DNA of 64,000 nucleotides from Asterias amurensis (Eukaryota). Position numbers and translations under genes: made by a program. The stretch is from contig NC_092661.1 of NCBI RefSeq assembly GCF_032118995.1, positions 18,237,185 through 18,301,184 on the forward strand, given 5' to 3'. Under the pieces are notes generated by a model. It had not been told where the DNA came from. It did not search any database and saw nothing but the letters and a program-made list of their open reading frames with translations. How positions within the stretch are numbered: position 1 is the stretch's first letter; the number at the start of each line of letters is the position of its first letter. Below, piece by piece: positions 1 to 11,234 of this stretch.

Positions 1-274
1 TGAACAAAGTTCATCAATCTCAGATAAGAAAGTAGAGGAAACTCCCACGATTGCTGAACTTAACTTCCTCTATAGTAGTATCACAGGTATTTGTGAAGGT
101 CAAAAACCCTAAAACAAATAGTTTGAATTGTTTCCGGAAATGCAGTTGTCTGTGATTGGAAGCTGTTAAGCAAACTAGAATTCCATTTACCCTTAGATAT
201 CCCCAAACTCCTCCTACCCCCCCCCCCCCCAAGAAAGCCACCATAGGGACTTGAAAGGACTTACCAGACAGCCA

Positions 275-390
275 AGCCAACAAAGACTACCATTGACCAC
301 TGCGCATCTTTAAAAGCAACATGAGTTTAAAAAGCCAACAAAGACTACCATTGACCACTGCGCATCTTTAAAAGCAACATGAGTTTAAAA
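275..390. repeat. Perfect tandem duplication of a 58-bp unit (agccaacaaagactaccattgaccactgcgcatctttaaaagcaacatgagtttaaaa x2).
   Basis: Direct reading: units 275-332 and 333-390 are identical. Confidence 0.95.
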
Positions 391-3300
391 AATACTTAAG
401 GATTTTGAAAAAATTGAAAACTTTGGATGCTAAACAGAGGTCACTCAGTTAAGTTTGGGTTAAAAGCAGAAAACACAGTTTTTAGTAGAGAATCTGTATC
501 TTCCCACAAAGACACCGTTTTCCTATTAGCTTATCCAATATCCAGTACAGGAAATTCCACCAGTAATGTACTACAGTGACTCAAATGTCTGTACTTGGGA
601 AGTCTTGCCAATAAAAGTTCCCCTGTCTTGATTCACTTTGACAACATGCCAAACCATTTAGTGTAATGTGTAAAAGAAGAACTGTCAAATGGCTTTACCA
701 TCGTGACTTCTGACATCTTGGTAAGCACTACAATGAACTTTCCACTTACTTTCCACAAACTTATTAATTTGTTAATTACAAATCTTTGTATAAAACTTGT
801 GCGTTTGTTTATTACTTATTGTTAATTACAACTGGGCTTCAAATTTACACTGGACCTGCAGGTTCCAGGTCAGTAAACATACGATCATACATGTCCAGTG
901 GTCTTGTGTTTTTTAACACTAAAATCTTGTTGTTGTCTTTAATTAATAAATATGTTCAATGTAATTTGCATCTAGAATTCAACGTGCATATTTTGAAAAG
1001 GTCGCTCCAGTGCTGAGAGAAACTAGTCCATTTCTTACCAGGCTCTTTCCACTAGGTAAATTCACTGGCAATCCTGACATTCCCCTCATCCCAACCTGTC
1101 TCGTTCAACGAGACATCTTCTTAAGAAACATCAGCAACCAAGAGAGGATGAACCGAAAAAATATGGAGGCTCTGATGTAAACTAAACACCAAGTATGCCG
1201 TGCACAGCACGCACCGGGCACACTGCCAAATATAGTCCGGTCTGAATGGTCCAGGCACGTTGTAGTGTTGTAACCCCCACTTACTGATGTCACTGCATTT
1301 GCCAATGAACTGTGAGTATAACAGGAATATAAAGCACTGAACCAAGTTTAAAGGAACTCTTTACGCTAAGTTGATTTGAATTTACTTTTTTGTTGTAAAA
1401 CTACACATGATCAGAATTCTCTTTTGATATTGTTCAAGTCTGAGTTTAAAAAGCATTTGTGAAGTTGATAAGATTGTTTATCTATGAAGTTAACCATAAC
1501 ATCTCAAATCAAATCGCAATAAGACTTCAGGGAAATCAGGTCTTTACGAGTGTCAATCATTATCCTCTTTCATGACCCAAAGTGACTCGGTTTGAGTTTC
1601 AGAAGGAAACTCTTAGTGATTAGATATAAAATTTGAGTTAGAACCCAAGTAATGATTTACGCAAGTTATTGCTTAGCAATTATCAGTTCCAGAGAAAAAT
1701 AGTAGACTGGTCCTTTAAAGAAACCCCTGCTGGTTGGCATGCAAGGTTATTGGATACTAGCCTTGGTCCAAGGGTGTTGTAATGAGAAGAATTAAACACC
1801 ACAGAGAATGTGTTTATGAGTTTCACAAGTCAGCTCTGATGGCTGATGATTCATTAAATATAATACTCACATCAAAATAACCATATAAAATATAATTAGC
1901 ACGGTAATGATGACAGCTCAAAAATAGCAAGCCTATTTATTTGGAAAGGACAATTTGAATGCTTTATTATTTTGATGTTAGTATAAATAAGTTATGGTGT
2001 CTGGTAGAAATGACATTTGTTCTATAGATTTTGAAGTGTAAATTGCATAAAGTTTTAAATAAAACCACAGTTAGATGGTGAGACAAGTAACGAAACACCC
2101 CCCATTAACACATAAATCTTACTGTATAATTCATATGTAATGGTTTAAATCATGCTGGTATAAACAACTCTGCGAGCTCAGCATAAAAGGGGCAGTGAGC
2201 CATTGGATTCGGGTTCATGGGATATTTAGTTTAATCCTATAAGATCTCATGATAGAGAGTCGACCAACTCAGACAACACTCAATGCCAGCCAGCAAGGAC
2301 TCAGTTGGCGCCAAATTAAACTAAGAGCAGAATTCACTCCCTCCGAAGAATAACTGTTTTCCCCTCCCCAGGATAGAAGAACTTTGACATATGAGAGAAA
2401 ATAATAACCTGAAACAAGACAAGAAGTATGATGAAAAGAGATGTGTTGCCTTCAGCCACCAAAACAAAATAGACACTGTGAATCGTCTGGAGTTGAGAAA
2501 CGCAGCTAGTTTGGGGCGATATGATTAGCCGGGGCTTTGATGGGTTTTTTGTTCTGGTTGCCCTAGCAGGAAGTGAGGAGGGACTCTCTATTGTTAAAGT
2601 TAATTTGTGAGAAATTAATCTTGACGGCGATGGTGGTACTTTGGCGTTAATGAAGGATTTGATGGTGAAAAATAGCCGCTGGGTGACACAGTTTTGATTT
2701 GGGGAAATCAGAGGAGATAGAACTTTCAAGAATTTGTTTGTACATCGGAATTTATCAGTAGGTATTATCGAAAGGTTACAGTTCTTTTTATTGAGAGAAG
2801 AGTTATACTTGCACTCACTAACTAGTTTAAGAATTCAAATTCCATCTTAATTTATCCCTACTGGATGATGTAAACTAATAAAACTGGTGCTAACCATGCC
2901 TTGGGCTTAATGGTGTGGGGAAGGCGACAGTTGCCTGTAAATGCCAACATATGAGTACACACAACAGTCAATATTGCAGTGGGCGTATCATTTGCATAAT
3001 TGGTCTGATACGGTGTTACAGTCTCCACTTCTATCACAATGCATTTATTACATTGCTGAGTTGTTTTTTAAATATTTCTAATTGAGTTGAAAAAAGGAAA
3101 ACTTCTATAAAGCAATGCATCATTCGATAATTGGGGTGGGGGCTGGGGGGTTATTTTCAACATAAAATTCTGCATAATGATAAGTTCAGATACATAATAT
3201 GAGAAATGCCAAACTCACAGTTTGCTAATTTGACTAAGACGACTGCAGGCATACATGTAATGTTTTATACTTGTAATGTTTTATATTATAACACCCCTTG

Positions 3301-3391
3301 CAAGTATTGTGCCTGCTCATTGGTTTAGAGCGCGTCACATGACATGTCTTAGTTTTGCTAGACGACGGCCGTGTGATAGAGCGTCGGTTTG

Positions 3392-3456
3392 CCATGCGCT
3401 AGTCCGAAGACTAGCACATGGCGCCGTGCGCTAGTCCGACAGACTAGCACACGGCG
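3392..3456. repeat. Two tandem ~33-bp GC-rich palindromic units (ccRtgcgctagtccgaMagactagcacaYggcg) inside a local GC-rich island (~3300-3500).
   Basis: Direct reading. Each unit is itself an inverted repeat (gcgctagtc / gactagc(a)c). Confidence 0.8.
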
Positions 3457-3673
3457 TGCATTACCCAGACGTCCGTTGCGTGTACGATGATGATAAATTA
3501 ATAGTCTGTAACCATTTCAGATTGTCCGACACTACATGCAACACAGTAGGTAAAAGTGTTTGCGTAGGTAAAAGTGTTTAATCTGTGTTCGCGTCGTCCG
3601 TGGATTGTAGCATTCAGGTCTGTAACTTAATAATAATAATACAGGTTTTAGAAATGTTTGGGGTGTTATAAAA

Positions 3674-3840
3674 CAAATATTGACTGCTTTTACTCGTGCA
3701 ATGGTTAAAAACTATGACTCCCTCGGTGATCCCCGGAGCGTTCTATTTTCCCTCGGCTTCGCCTCGGGAAAATAGAACGCTCCGTGGATCACCTCGGGAG
3801 TCATAGTTTTAACCATAGCACTCGAAGCAGTCAATATTTG
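3674..3840. repeat. 167-bp near-perfect hairpin (inverted repeat, ~85% arm identity by eye, with complementary-looking ctcg/cgag differences between arms).
   Basis: caaatattgactgcttttactcgtgcaatggttaaaaactatgactccctcggtgatcc... and its reverse complement, centred near 3757. Confidence 0.85.
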
Positions 3841-3842
3841 TA

Positions 3843-3936
3843 TACTATCAACCTCTCCCCATTACTCGTTATCAAGAAATGTTTTATGATAATAATTGTT
3901 TTGAGTAATTACCAATAGTGTCCACTGCCTTTAAAG
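3843..3936 (+). mobile_element. MITE family A, 3'-terminal ~95-bp fragment. It lies directly after a 167-bp hairpin.
   Basis: tatactatcaacctctccccattactcg...gagtaattaccaatagtgtccactgcctttaaag matches the A-family right end. Confidence 0.75.
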
Positions 3937-4587
3937 CCAACTAGAAATTACTCAGAAACTTTCAAGAATGCAAATACTACAACAGTGACCGGTATCTTGA
4001 TTTTTAATTAGCTATGATTCTTGAGATGCTAATTACCAAAAGGCCAACATACAACAGAAGCCTGTGCCTGCCAATTAAAGCAACAATTTGCCCCGAGGCA
4101 TTTATTGTTGGTGACAGATAACTGAAGATCAGAATCTCAAAGTTATCAGGCAAAAAGCTCCACTCTGTTTAGGATCATTACATTACTCTTTGCTTTATCA
4201 TTCCAGTTATTTTTGTTTCAAATTTGTCAATATTTTGAACATCTGTCATCCTGCTGCATGTCGGTCAACTATCTCAAAGACCATCAATTGTTGAATTAAA
4301 ACTTGGCACTACTTCCGTTCAATGTGATAAAAGGTTTCTATTGATGGACCGAAACATGGTACAAATAAATTAAGGTAGTTTAGCTACTACTCTAAAAAGA
4401 AAACCTGCAAATTAACAATTGAGTACCGAAAATGAAAAATCAATGTTACACATAAAAACATTGGGCCTCTCCTAAATACATCACTTATTTTTGTTACTGT
4501 GACAACAAAAAAATAACCATAAAAAAAGCTCCCCTCAAATTTGAAATTAAAAGAATAGTTTATTTGCCGCTAACTGCTGGGCAATCT

Positions 4588-4660
4588 CTGTGGTCTAGTG
4601 TGGTACGACATCTGCTTTAGATTGTCAAATGTCATGGGTTCGAATCCAGCCTGAGTAGGC
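4588..4660 (+). repeat. tRNA-like fragment (A-box-like TAGTGTGGTA and B-box GGTTCGAATCC) without a canonical cloverleaf.
   Basis: tggtctagtgtggtacgacatctgctttagattgtcaaatgtcatgggttcgaatccagcc. Confidence 0.35.
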
Positions 4661-4840
4661 TTATGCTTTTGGATTTTATCCACAGGAATTAGAAAAATAC
4701 TAAGTAAACAATGCTTTGCACACATCCGTGTATGGGCATACTCTTTATCCCGATGCAAATTTATCTATTAAATAATATATCTTGTAATGAAGTCCCCCTC
4801 TGACCAAAGGAAATTTTAAAATAATATGTTGAAATATTGA

Positions 4841-5250
4841 CAAACAATATAGATTCTGATTAGAATTCCAGATCTTGGATGGTTATATCAGACATGTATG
4901 GAGTCCTTTCTCAGCTAAACAAGAGTTTAATAAAAAAAACTATACGTGGCCGGATTTACAAATGATTATTTGTTTGTTTCAGCATGTGAAACACTATCTC
5001 CAACCATGTTTGCACTTTCAAGTATTTTACTCTGAGGTAATATGAGCACACAAAATAAACCAAGTCATTCACTTTCAATCTTAACAAGGAACTGAATATA
5101 TATTTCTCTGAACGAAAGTGGAAGACATGAGTAAAAAAAAAAAAACTCACAAAACTGACTTGTGTTTGACAAGTATTTGAAGTAACAAACAATATAGATG
5201 ACTAGAATTCCCGATCTTTGATGGTTATATCGTACATCCTTTCTCAGATA
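4841..5250. repeat. Pair of ~70-bp direct repeats (4841-4915 and 5184-5250) flanking ~270 bp.
   Basis: caaacaatatagatNctgaNtagaattccMgatcttNgatggttatatc...cctttctcag occurs in both copies. Confidence 0.7.
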
Positions 5251-6764
5251 CATGGTAAACCATTTTTTAAAAAGGATTACAAAGTTGTATGATATCAAAC
5301 CAGCATCACCCATAAATACCCCTTCTTTTCTCATTCAAGAAAGTATGTTTGGTTCTTTATATGAGACAGAAGACATGGGACTTCTTTACATACATGTCTG
5401 TTCATCACAGAAAAAGTGTCTCTTTTAGTCACACCCATCCCTCCAACAAGTTATCTGTATATTCCCACTTTTGAAAACCAAGCATTACGCTTTAAAGAAA
5501 AACTAAACATTTGAAAGATCCCAACTCCATAAAAGTTTGAAAATGACTTGTAAATTATTCCCTTCCCTATTGTGAGTATAGAGCAATGAGGTTTAAACTG
5601 TCAGGCATTAGTATTAGCACACTATCATATTCAAGGTCTATCCATCAGACTTGGATTTCAAGTACAATTATGTTTCTTAGTGGCCTTCAAAACAAATCAA
5701 CTGTGCACAATATACTCAAGTTGCATTAAAACCGAATGGAGTAGACAGTTACAAAATCAGGGGGGGGGGGCATTTTTAAGTAACCTTTTTTATGAAGACA
5801 ATTTTTGTTGGTAAGACCTTGCTTTAAGCCACATCGTCATCACAAACTTCCATCTTTCTCATCAAGGCAAGTTAAATTGATGAGCTCCAAGGCCACACAG
5901 TTCGAAGTTGATATCTCAACACATGGTTTATTTATTTTCATTATACCGATTACTTTCTGCTCAACATGGATGTAAACAAATTCTTCTAAAGTGCAGCTGG
6001 AGGTAGGATTGTTTCTGAGCAAAGATATTGGGTAGATGTGTAATCCAAGGAATTACACACACAAATAATTATCTAAATCTGGAAACTTACCTTAAGGGTT
6101 CATCCCAAAATAATTTAATTGTTTTTGTATAGTTAGTGTTTTGATTATTTGACAAACAAAGTCATCTGTTATATATATATATATATTTGTTGTATATATT
6201 CATAAAGTATAAATTAATCTTGTTTAAAGTTGTTTTTATAAATTCATCACTGTAACTATCTGATGTAAGTAACCCCCCCCCCTCTTTTTCCACATGTCCC
6301 TCATACCTATTTTTAAATCATCATACCTTTGATCTTGCTATTCTTATTAATTGACCATTGTTAGTTGCATCATGATGCAACTTGCTCTCTAATCCTACCC
6401 TTTCATGTCTCCCTGCATTGTTGTCGAACAATACATTTACCACTTTTATGGTCCAGTAACCCATCCTTTCATTCTAAAAATCCTTTGTGCTCGCCACTCT
6501 ACTCCTATTGGTTCATAGCCACACAGTGTCTCTGAAATAGAAACTTTGATTGGCTGTTATTTTCCCGCTTCTTTTGGATCCTTTTCTTAATCCCTTTCCC
6601 CCTCTCTTTTTCTATAAATGGATATGTATTTGTTTGTACATGTTTTATGCCTCTGAAGAAGGTCCGGTTTGGATCGAAAGCTAAGGCCATCTACCCTATT
6701 CATTATATATATATTTTTATTTATATGTATTCACTTGTCTATAATTGCTGTTGTTTCAACCAAT

Positions 6765-6872
6765 TGTACATATCTGCTTTGTCACTTTGTCAAGTAATCT
6801 TATATATATATATATATCTTATATATAAGATTACTTGACAAAATGATATATATATATATCTTATATATTTTT
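6765..6872. repeat. AT-rich palindrome with (TA)n: cttgtcactttgtcaagtaatcttatatatatatatatatcttatatataagattacttgacaaaatgatatatatatatatc.
   Basis: tcaagtaatcttatata ... tatataagattacttgac is an inverted repeat. (TA)7-8 tracts present. Confidence 0.8.
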
Positions 6873-9232
6873 AAATTATTGTATATTGTATATTTCTCTT
6901 AATATTTTAAAATAATCTCTTAATATTTTTATATGGAGCTGGTCTACTGTTGTAATTGCCTGCAAAGGATGATTAAAGTTTTTTTAATTGAATTGAATTG
7001 AATTGAATTGAATAAATATGATGTGCTTTTCAGTTTTATATAAATATTCAAGTGATTGTGTTATGGAAGCTCCAAAAATAGGGCCTTGTATATTTTATTT
7101 GACAAAAAATAATTTATTTAGTTGTATACAAGAAAATGACCAACACTTTTAAATTAAATTGGCTTTACAAAAGCTTATTTGTATAAAATTAAAACAGATG
7201 AATATTAATTATCAAAGTATTTTTTCAAAACTGAATTTGTTTGAGTTCTTGGGTTCCCTCAGCATGGGGAATAAGCCTTACTGACCACTGAGGTCTTGCA
7301 ATGGGGAACAAAATTGTTGTTGAAAAAGAAATATTACTCTGCAGGATTGGTATTGATATGAACGTCATACTCAGTGAGCTCTAAATTCCAAATGATCTTG
7401 ACTTCAAACAATTGTACATGATACATTTGACCAATATATTCATCTGTCTACCCAAACATTCCTCATCTGCCCATAGTGCCAAACATCTGCACAGATCTCT
7501 AAGTGCAGAGATTGCATCAAGGATGAAGACCTTCCCTGGCATCTCCAACAGTCGGACTGATTTTAACAGGCATGAGTCTGCTAATGGTTCCTAATAAAAC
7601 CAACTGTGCAATATCTTTATTTAATAATGACAGCTGCATGAGATGTGCTACCTCTGTCTGGTCATTGCACATGACGTTATAACTATGGCAAAGGTGAAGG
7701 ACTTTCAGTTCAGAAGACGAAACATTGGTTTAAAAAACAAAAACAATTGTGAATCACTAATTAGAAGAATCATAAATGTGTGTTTCAAATTAAAGTGGAA
7801 AACTTCAGGTAACCTTGTGATAAAATAAATATCCATGTAAGTAAGATGTATGCCTAAAGCTCTTGAAAACTTGATATAAACTTGTCAAATAAAGATGTGT
7901 TATGTTCCCTACAGTCTGCTCTGATCATACCACATTCAGTGATTAGGAAATAGTAGTTGATTAACCACACTAAAGAAGCAAATAAAAATTCAACAGCCTT
8001 CACATACTCGACCCTTCAATAGTATCACTAAGACTGGAAGTTGCTATGTCTGATTAGGGCGAAGGTACTTGATAGTGTATTAACACTAGCGATATTACAA
8101 ACACGCTTTACCAACAAAAATAATGTGCTCGACATTGGGACACAAAATATCAGTTGGCTCTTAAACTATTCTTGATGTACACACACTTTCAAAGGCACAG
8201 GGTTATTTTTGCAGGGAGGCACATGATATTGTTCAATAATATGCAATGTTCAAAGTATTCAAATCAAGTTATATTTACCTTGAATTTTACCACATTAATC
8301 TTGAAAATTCCACAGCTGACAAAATAACTCCAGAGCTATCCAGCCTGTCAACCCGCACACTCCTGACTGAACAACCCAACCCCTCAAATGAACTAGTTTA
8401 GTTCTCCGTTCCCTACACACATTCCTACGTTTATGAAAGGCGGTATCAGTTGCATGATGTTTGTATTAACACAAATCTTCAAATAAAAATGATTCCTGCA
8501 CACCGTTCAAATCAATTCTACGTGAAAACCCTAATAAGTACTTGTGTAGAGTATGTTGGTGTTTGGTCTGGTAGCTTTATTGGGGCTAAGCTACAAAGGA
8601 AGTTTTTGACAAATGGGTATATTGCAATGAGGGTTGGCCAAGGATGGTGGAAGTGTTCAAAGGTTATTCAATGCAATGATAACAAGAGGATACCATTGAA
8701 TGGACTTAAAATAAACACAAGCCCTGTATTTCCTTGATCCTTCTTTCTTTAGGATTCTTTCCTGTAATGTAATAAGGCTGAATAACTGTTGGACAATTGG
8801 TACAATCAATATGTTGTTAGTCACCCACAACAAGAAAATGAACCATGAAATGACCAACACACAATTGTCAATAGGTATTTAAAAAGTACATTGTATGACT
8901 TTACAGGATGGTTTAACAGATTTTAGGCATATTTGTTCGAAGTGACTGTGGTATTTTCAGTAACACTCAAAGTATCGAGCCATCATCAGCCAAGAAAGTC
9001 TCAAAAACCTGAAGATTTGTAATCAAATGCAGTTATCTTAATTTCTGTTACTTTCCATGAATTTCTGCGAACACAGACACAGACAGATGTTTTCCGTAGC
9101 ACATCTTCAAACTACAACATCCCTGAACTTCCGTAATAATGACAATTCCTCATCCATCCAGAGACCACAATTGTGGTTTTGTTTACCCCACTTAACTGCT
9201 TGCTCATCTTCACCTCCTCTAATATAAGATAC

Positions 9233-9450
9233 GTTTAAAGACACTGAACACTATTGGTAATTGTAAAAGACCAGTATTCTCACTTGGTGTATCCCAACAT
9301 ACGCATAAAATAACAAATCTGTAAAAACTTTGACTCGTTTGGTCGTCAAAGTTGTAACTTTGACTCGTTTGGTTGTCAAAGTTGTAAGAGAATAATGAAA
9401 GAAAAAACACCCTTGTTGTGCAAATGTGTGAGGCTTCAGGCTTGAAGTCT
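9233..9450 (+). mobile_element. MITE family A, 5' partial/degenerate copy with an internal 31-bp tandem duplication (ctttgactcgtttggtYgtcaaagttgtaa x2).
   Basis: Shares the left TIR and the first ~200 bp with the copy at 10143. The right half is diverged or missing. Confidence 0.7.
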
Positions 9451-10142
9451 TTTATCAAATTAAAGCATCCTTTCACAACTCTTCAGCCAAATTAATGGTA
9501 TACATTAATCTGGAGGAACTATTAAGAACTTTCAATATATATTTGGAATCTTTAAATTTCACAAACTATCTCACTTAACATGTAACCTGTGAACGCTGAG
9601 TGGAGAGTTTTTCCATTCATACTGTCTGACTGCAACATCTTTTTTCATCTCATCTGTCATCCATACCATACAAGGCTCTACTCAGCCGTCCCTGCTTACT
9701 GCATCTATCCAATGGTATGCCATACAACGTTTCTCCTGGGGTGGTGTGGTTTATAAGAATTTCTTAGCTCACGTTGTTGGCATTGGAACCTTAAACGACA
9801 TATTGGATTACTCTTAGGGATTAACAACATCGCTCTGGGTTTCGAATACAATTATTGTGAATATAAATCTTCTTGAGTATTCATGAAGTTGTAACTTACA
9901 AATTAATTCTGGCCGAAGACTGATTTCTGGGTTTTTCTTTAATTGGCACAGCTGCTGCAAAGCTGAGGGTGTTGTCTTCTTTTTAACTAGTTTTTTTGTT
10001 GTAATTTTGATGATGTTTTCTTTGTATTTATACATCTTGAAGTTTTTCGTCAGTCTTTTGGTTGTTTTAGTATTCAAATTTAGTTTGAATATCATAATTT
10101 TCATAATCAAAGTAAACAATGAGGCAAGCAGTAACTTGACTG

Positions 10143-10531
10143 TTTAAAGACACTGGACACTATTGGTATTTGTCAAAGACTAGCCTTCACAGTTGGTGTA
10201 TCTCAACATATGCATAAAATAACAAACCTGTGAAAATTTGAGCTCAATCGGTCATCGAACTTGCGAGATAATAATGAAAGAAAAAACCACCCTTGTCACA
10301 CGAAGTTGCGTGCGTTTAGATGGTTGATTTCGAGACCTCAAGTTCTAAACCTGAGGTCTCGAAATCAAATTCGTGGAAAATTACTTCTTTCTCGAAAACT
10401 ATGGCACTTCACAGGGAGCCGTTTCTCACAATGTTTTATACCATCAACCTCTCCCCATTACTCGTCAACAAGAAAGGTTTTATGCTAATAGATATTTTGA
10501 GTAATTACCAATAGTGTCCACTGCCTTTAAA
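10143..10531 (+). mobile_element. MITE family A, full copy (~389 bp). TIR TTTAAAG(G/A)CA(C/G)TGGACACTATTGGTAATT.
   Basis: 29-bp terminal inverted repeats. The internal conserved palindrome gatttcgagacctcaNNttctaaNNctgaggtctcgaaatc is present. About 8 further copies in the window. Confidence 0.85.
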
Positions 10532-11168
10532 AGATTATGTATGGGTTGCATTAAAATAAACCTTAAAATCAATTTCATGCTAAGGGTTCTAACAAACACC
10601 TTCAAAGAATGCAGATCTAAAAACTAAATGAAAAAAGTGTAACTTTACTTTCTTGACAGCATTAATTTGGGTTATAACTGGTAATGATTTTCTTTACAAT
10701 GGACTTTGTACAAAGGAATTCCATTTCAGCTCTATGAAGCCCAATGAATAGTCACAGCAATAGCCGTCTGATATTAAACACGGGAAATACCAAATAGTCG
10801 TTGAACAACAAGTATATCATTCACATTGGTTGACCCTGCAAATCTTTTCTCCTTTTCCTGTTGTGCCCGTTATTGACACTGCACTAGAGTCAACATCAAA
10901 GTGGTCTGCTAGAATAGAAAGGTATTGCATGCCATCTTTTACGTGATTGTGCGTTTAGGAAATCCGAAAAGAGCATGAACTTCACAATGGGGTAATTTTG
11001 ATCATGCAAAGCAACTTAGCATACACAAATTTTTGCTGAGGTGACAAAGGATGTATCTCAATTCTGACTTTAAGCCCAGCAAATAAAAGCATTTTTAATT
11101 GCGCCAAGATTGGTGAAATAATATGTAAAATAAGAAGATTTTTTGGGAAGTGCATTTCTCATTTTTTA

Positions 11169-11234
11169 AGAGCTCAGTTGGTAGAGTGCCGGAACGTTAA
11201 TCTGGAGGACAATGGTTCAAATCCCGCTCTAGTA
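11169..11234 (+). pseudogene. tRNA-Lys(UUU)-like pseudo-tRNA / SINE-like repeat (family T). Reads GAGCTCAGTTGGTAGAGTGCCGGAACGTTAATCTGGAGGACAATGGTTCAAATCCCGCTCTAGTA.
   Basis: The D-arm GCTCAGTTGGTAGAG and B-box GGTTCAAATCC are intact. The anticodon loop is cGTTaa (one T short of tRNA-Lys cTTTTaa). The T-stem and acceptor stem do not pair. Confidence 0.6.

Noticed and set aside
2334-2729. 131-aa minus-strand ORF in a G/T-rich stretch
   Set aside because: Low-complexity, no domain signature, no flanking splice or promoter signals.
11169-11234. Possible functional tRNA-Asn(GUU)/tRNA-Lys gene
   Set aside because: The D-arm and B-box are good, but the T-stem (aatgg/cccgc) and acceptor stem do not base-pair and the anticodon loop has lost a nucleotide relative to tRNA-Lys. 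Related copies carry conserved non-tRNA flanks, so I call it a pseudo-tRNA/SINE-like repeat and not a tRNA gene.
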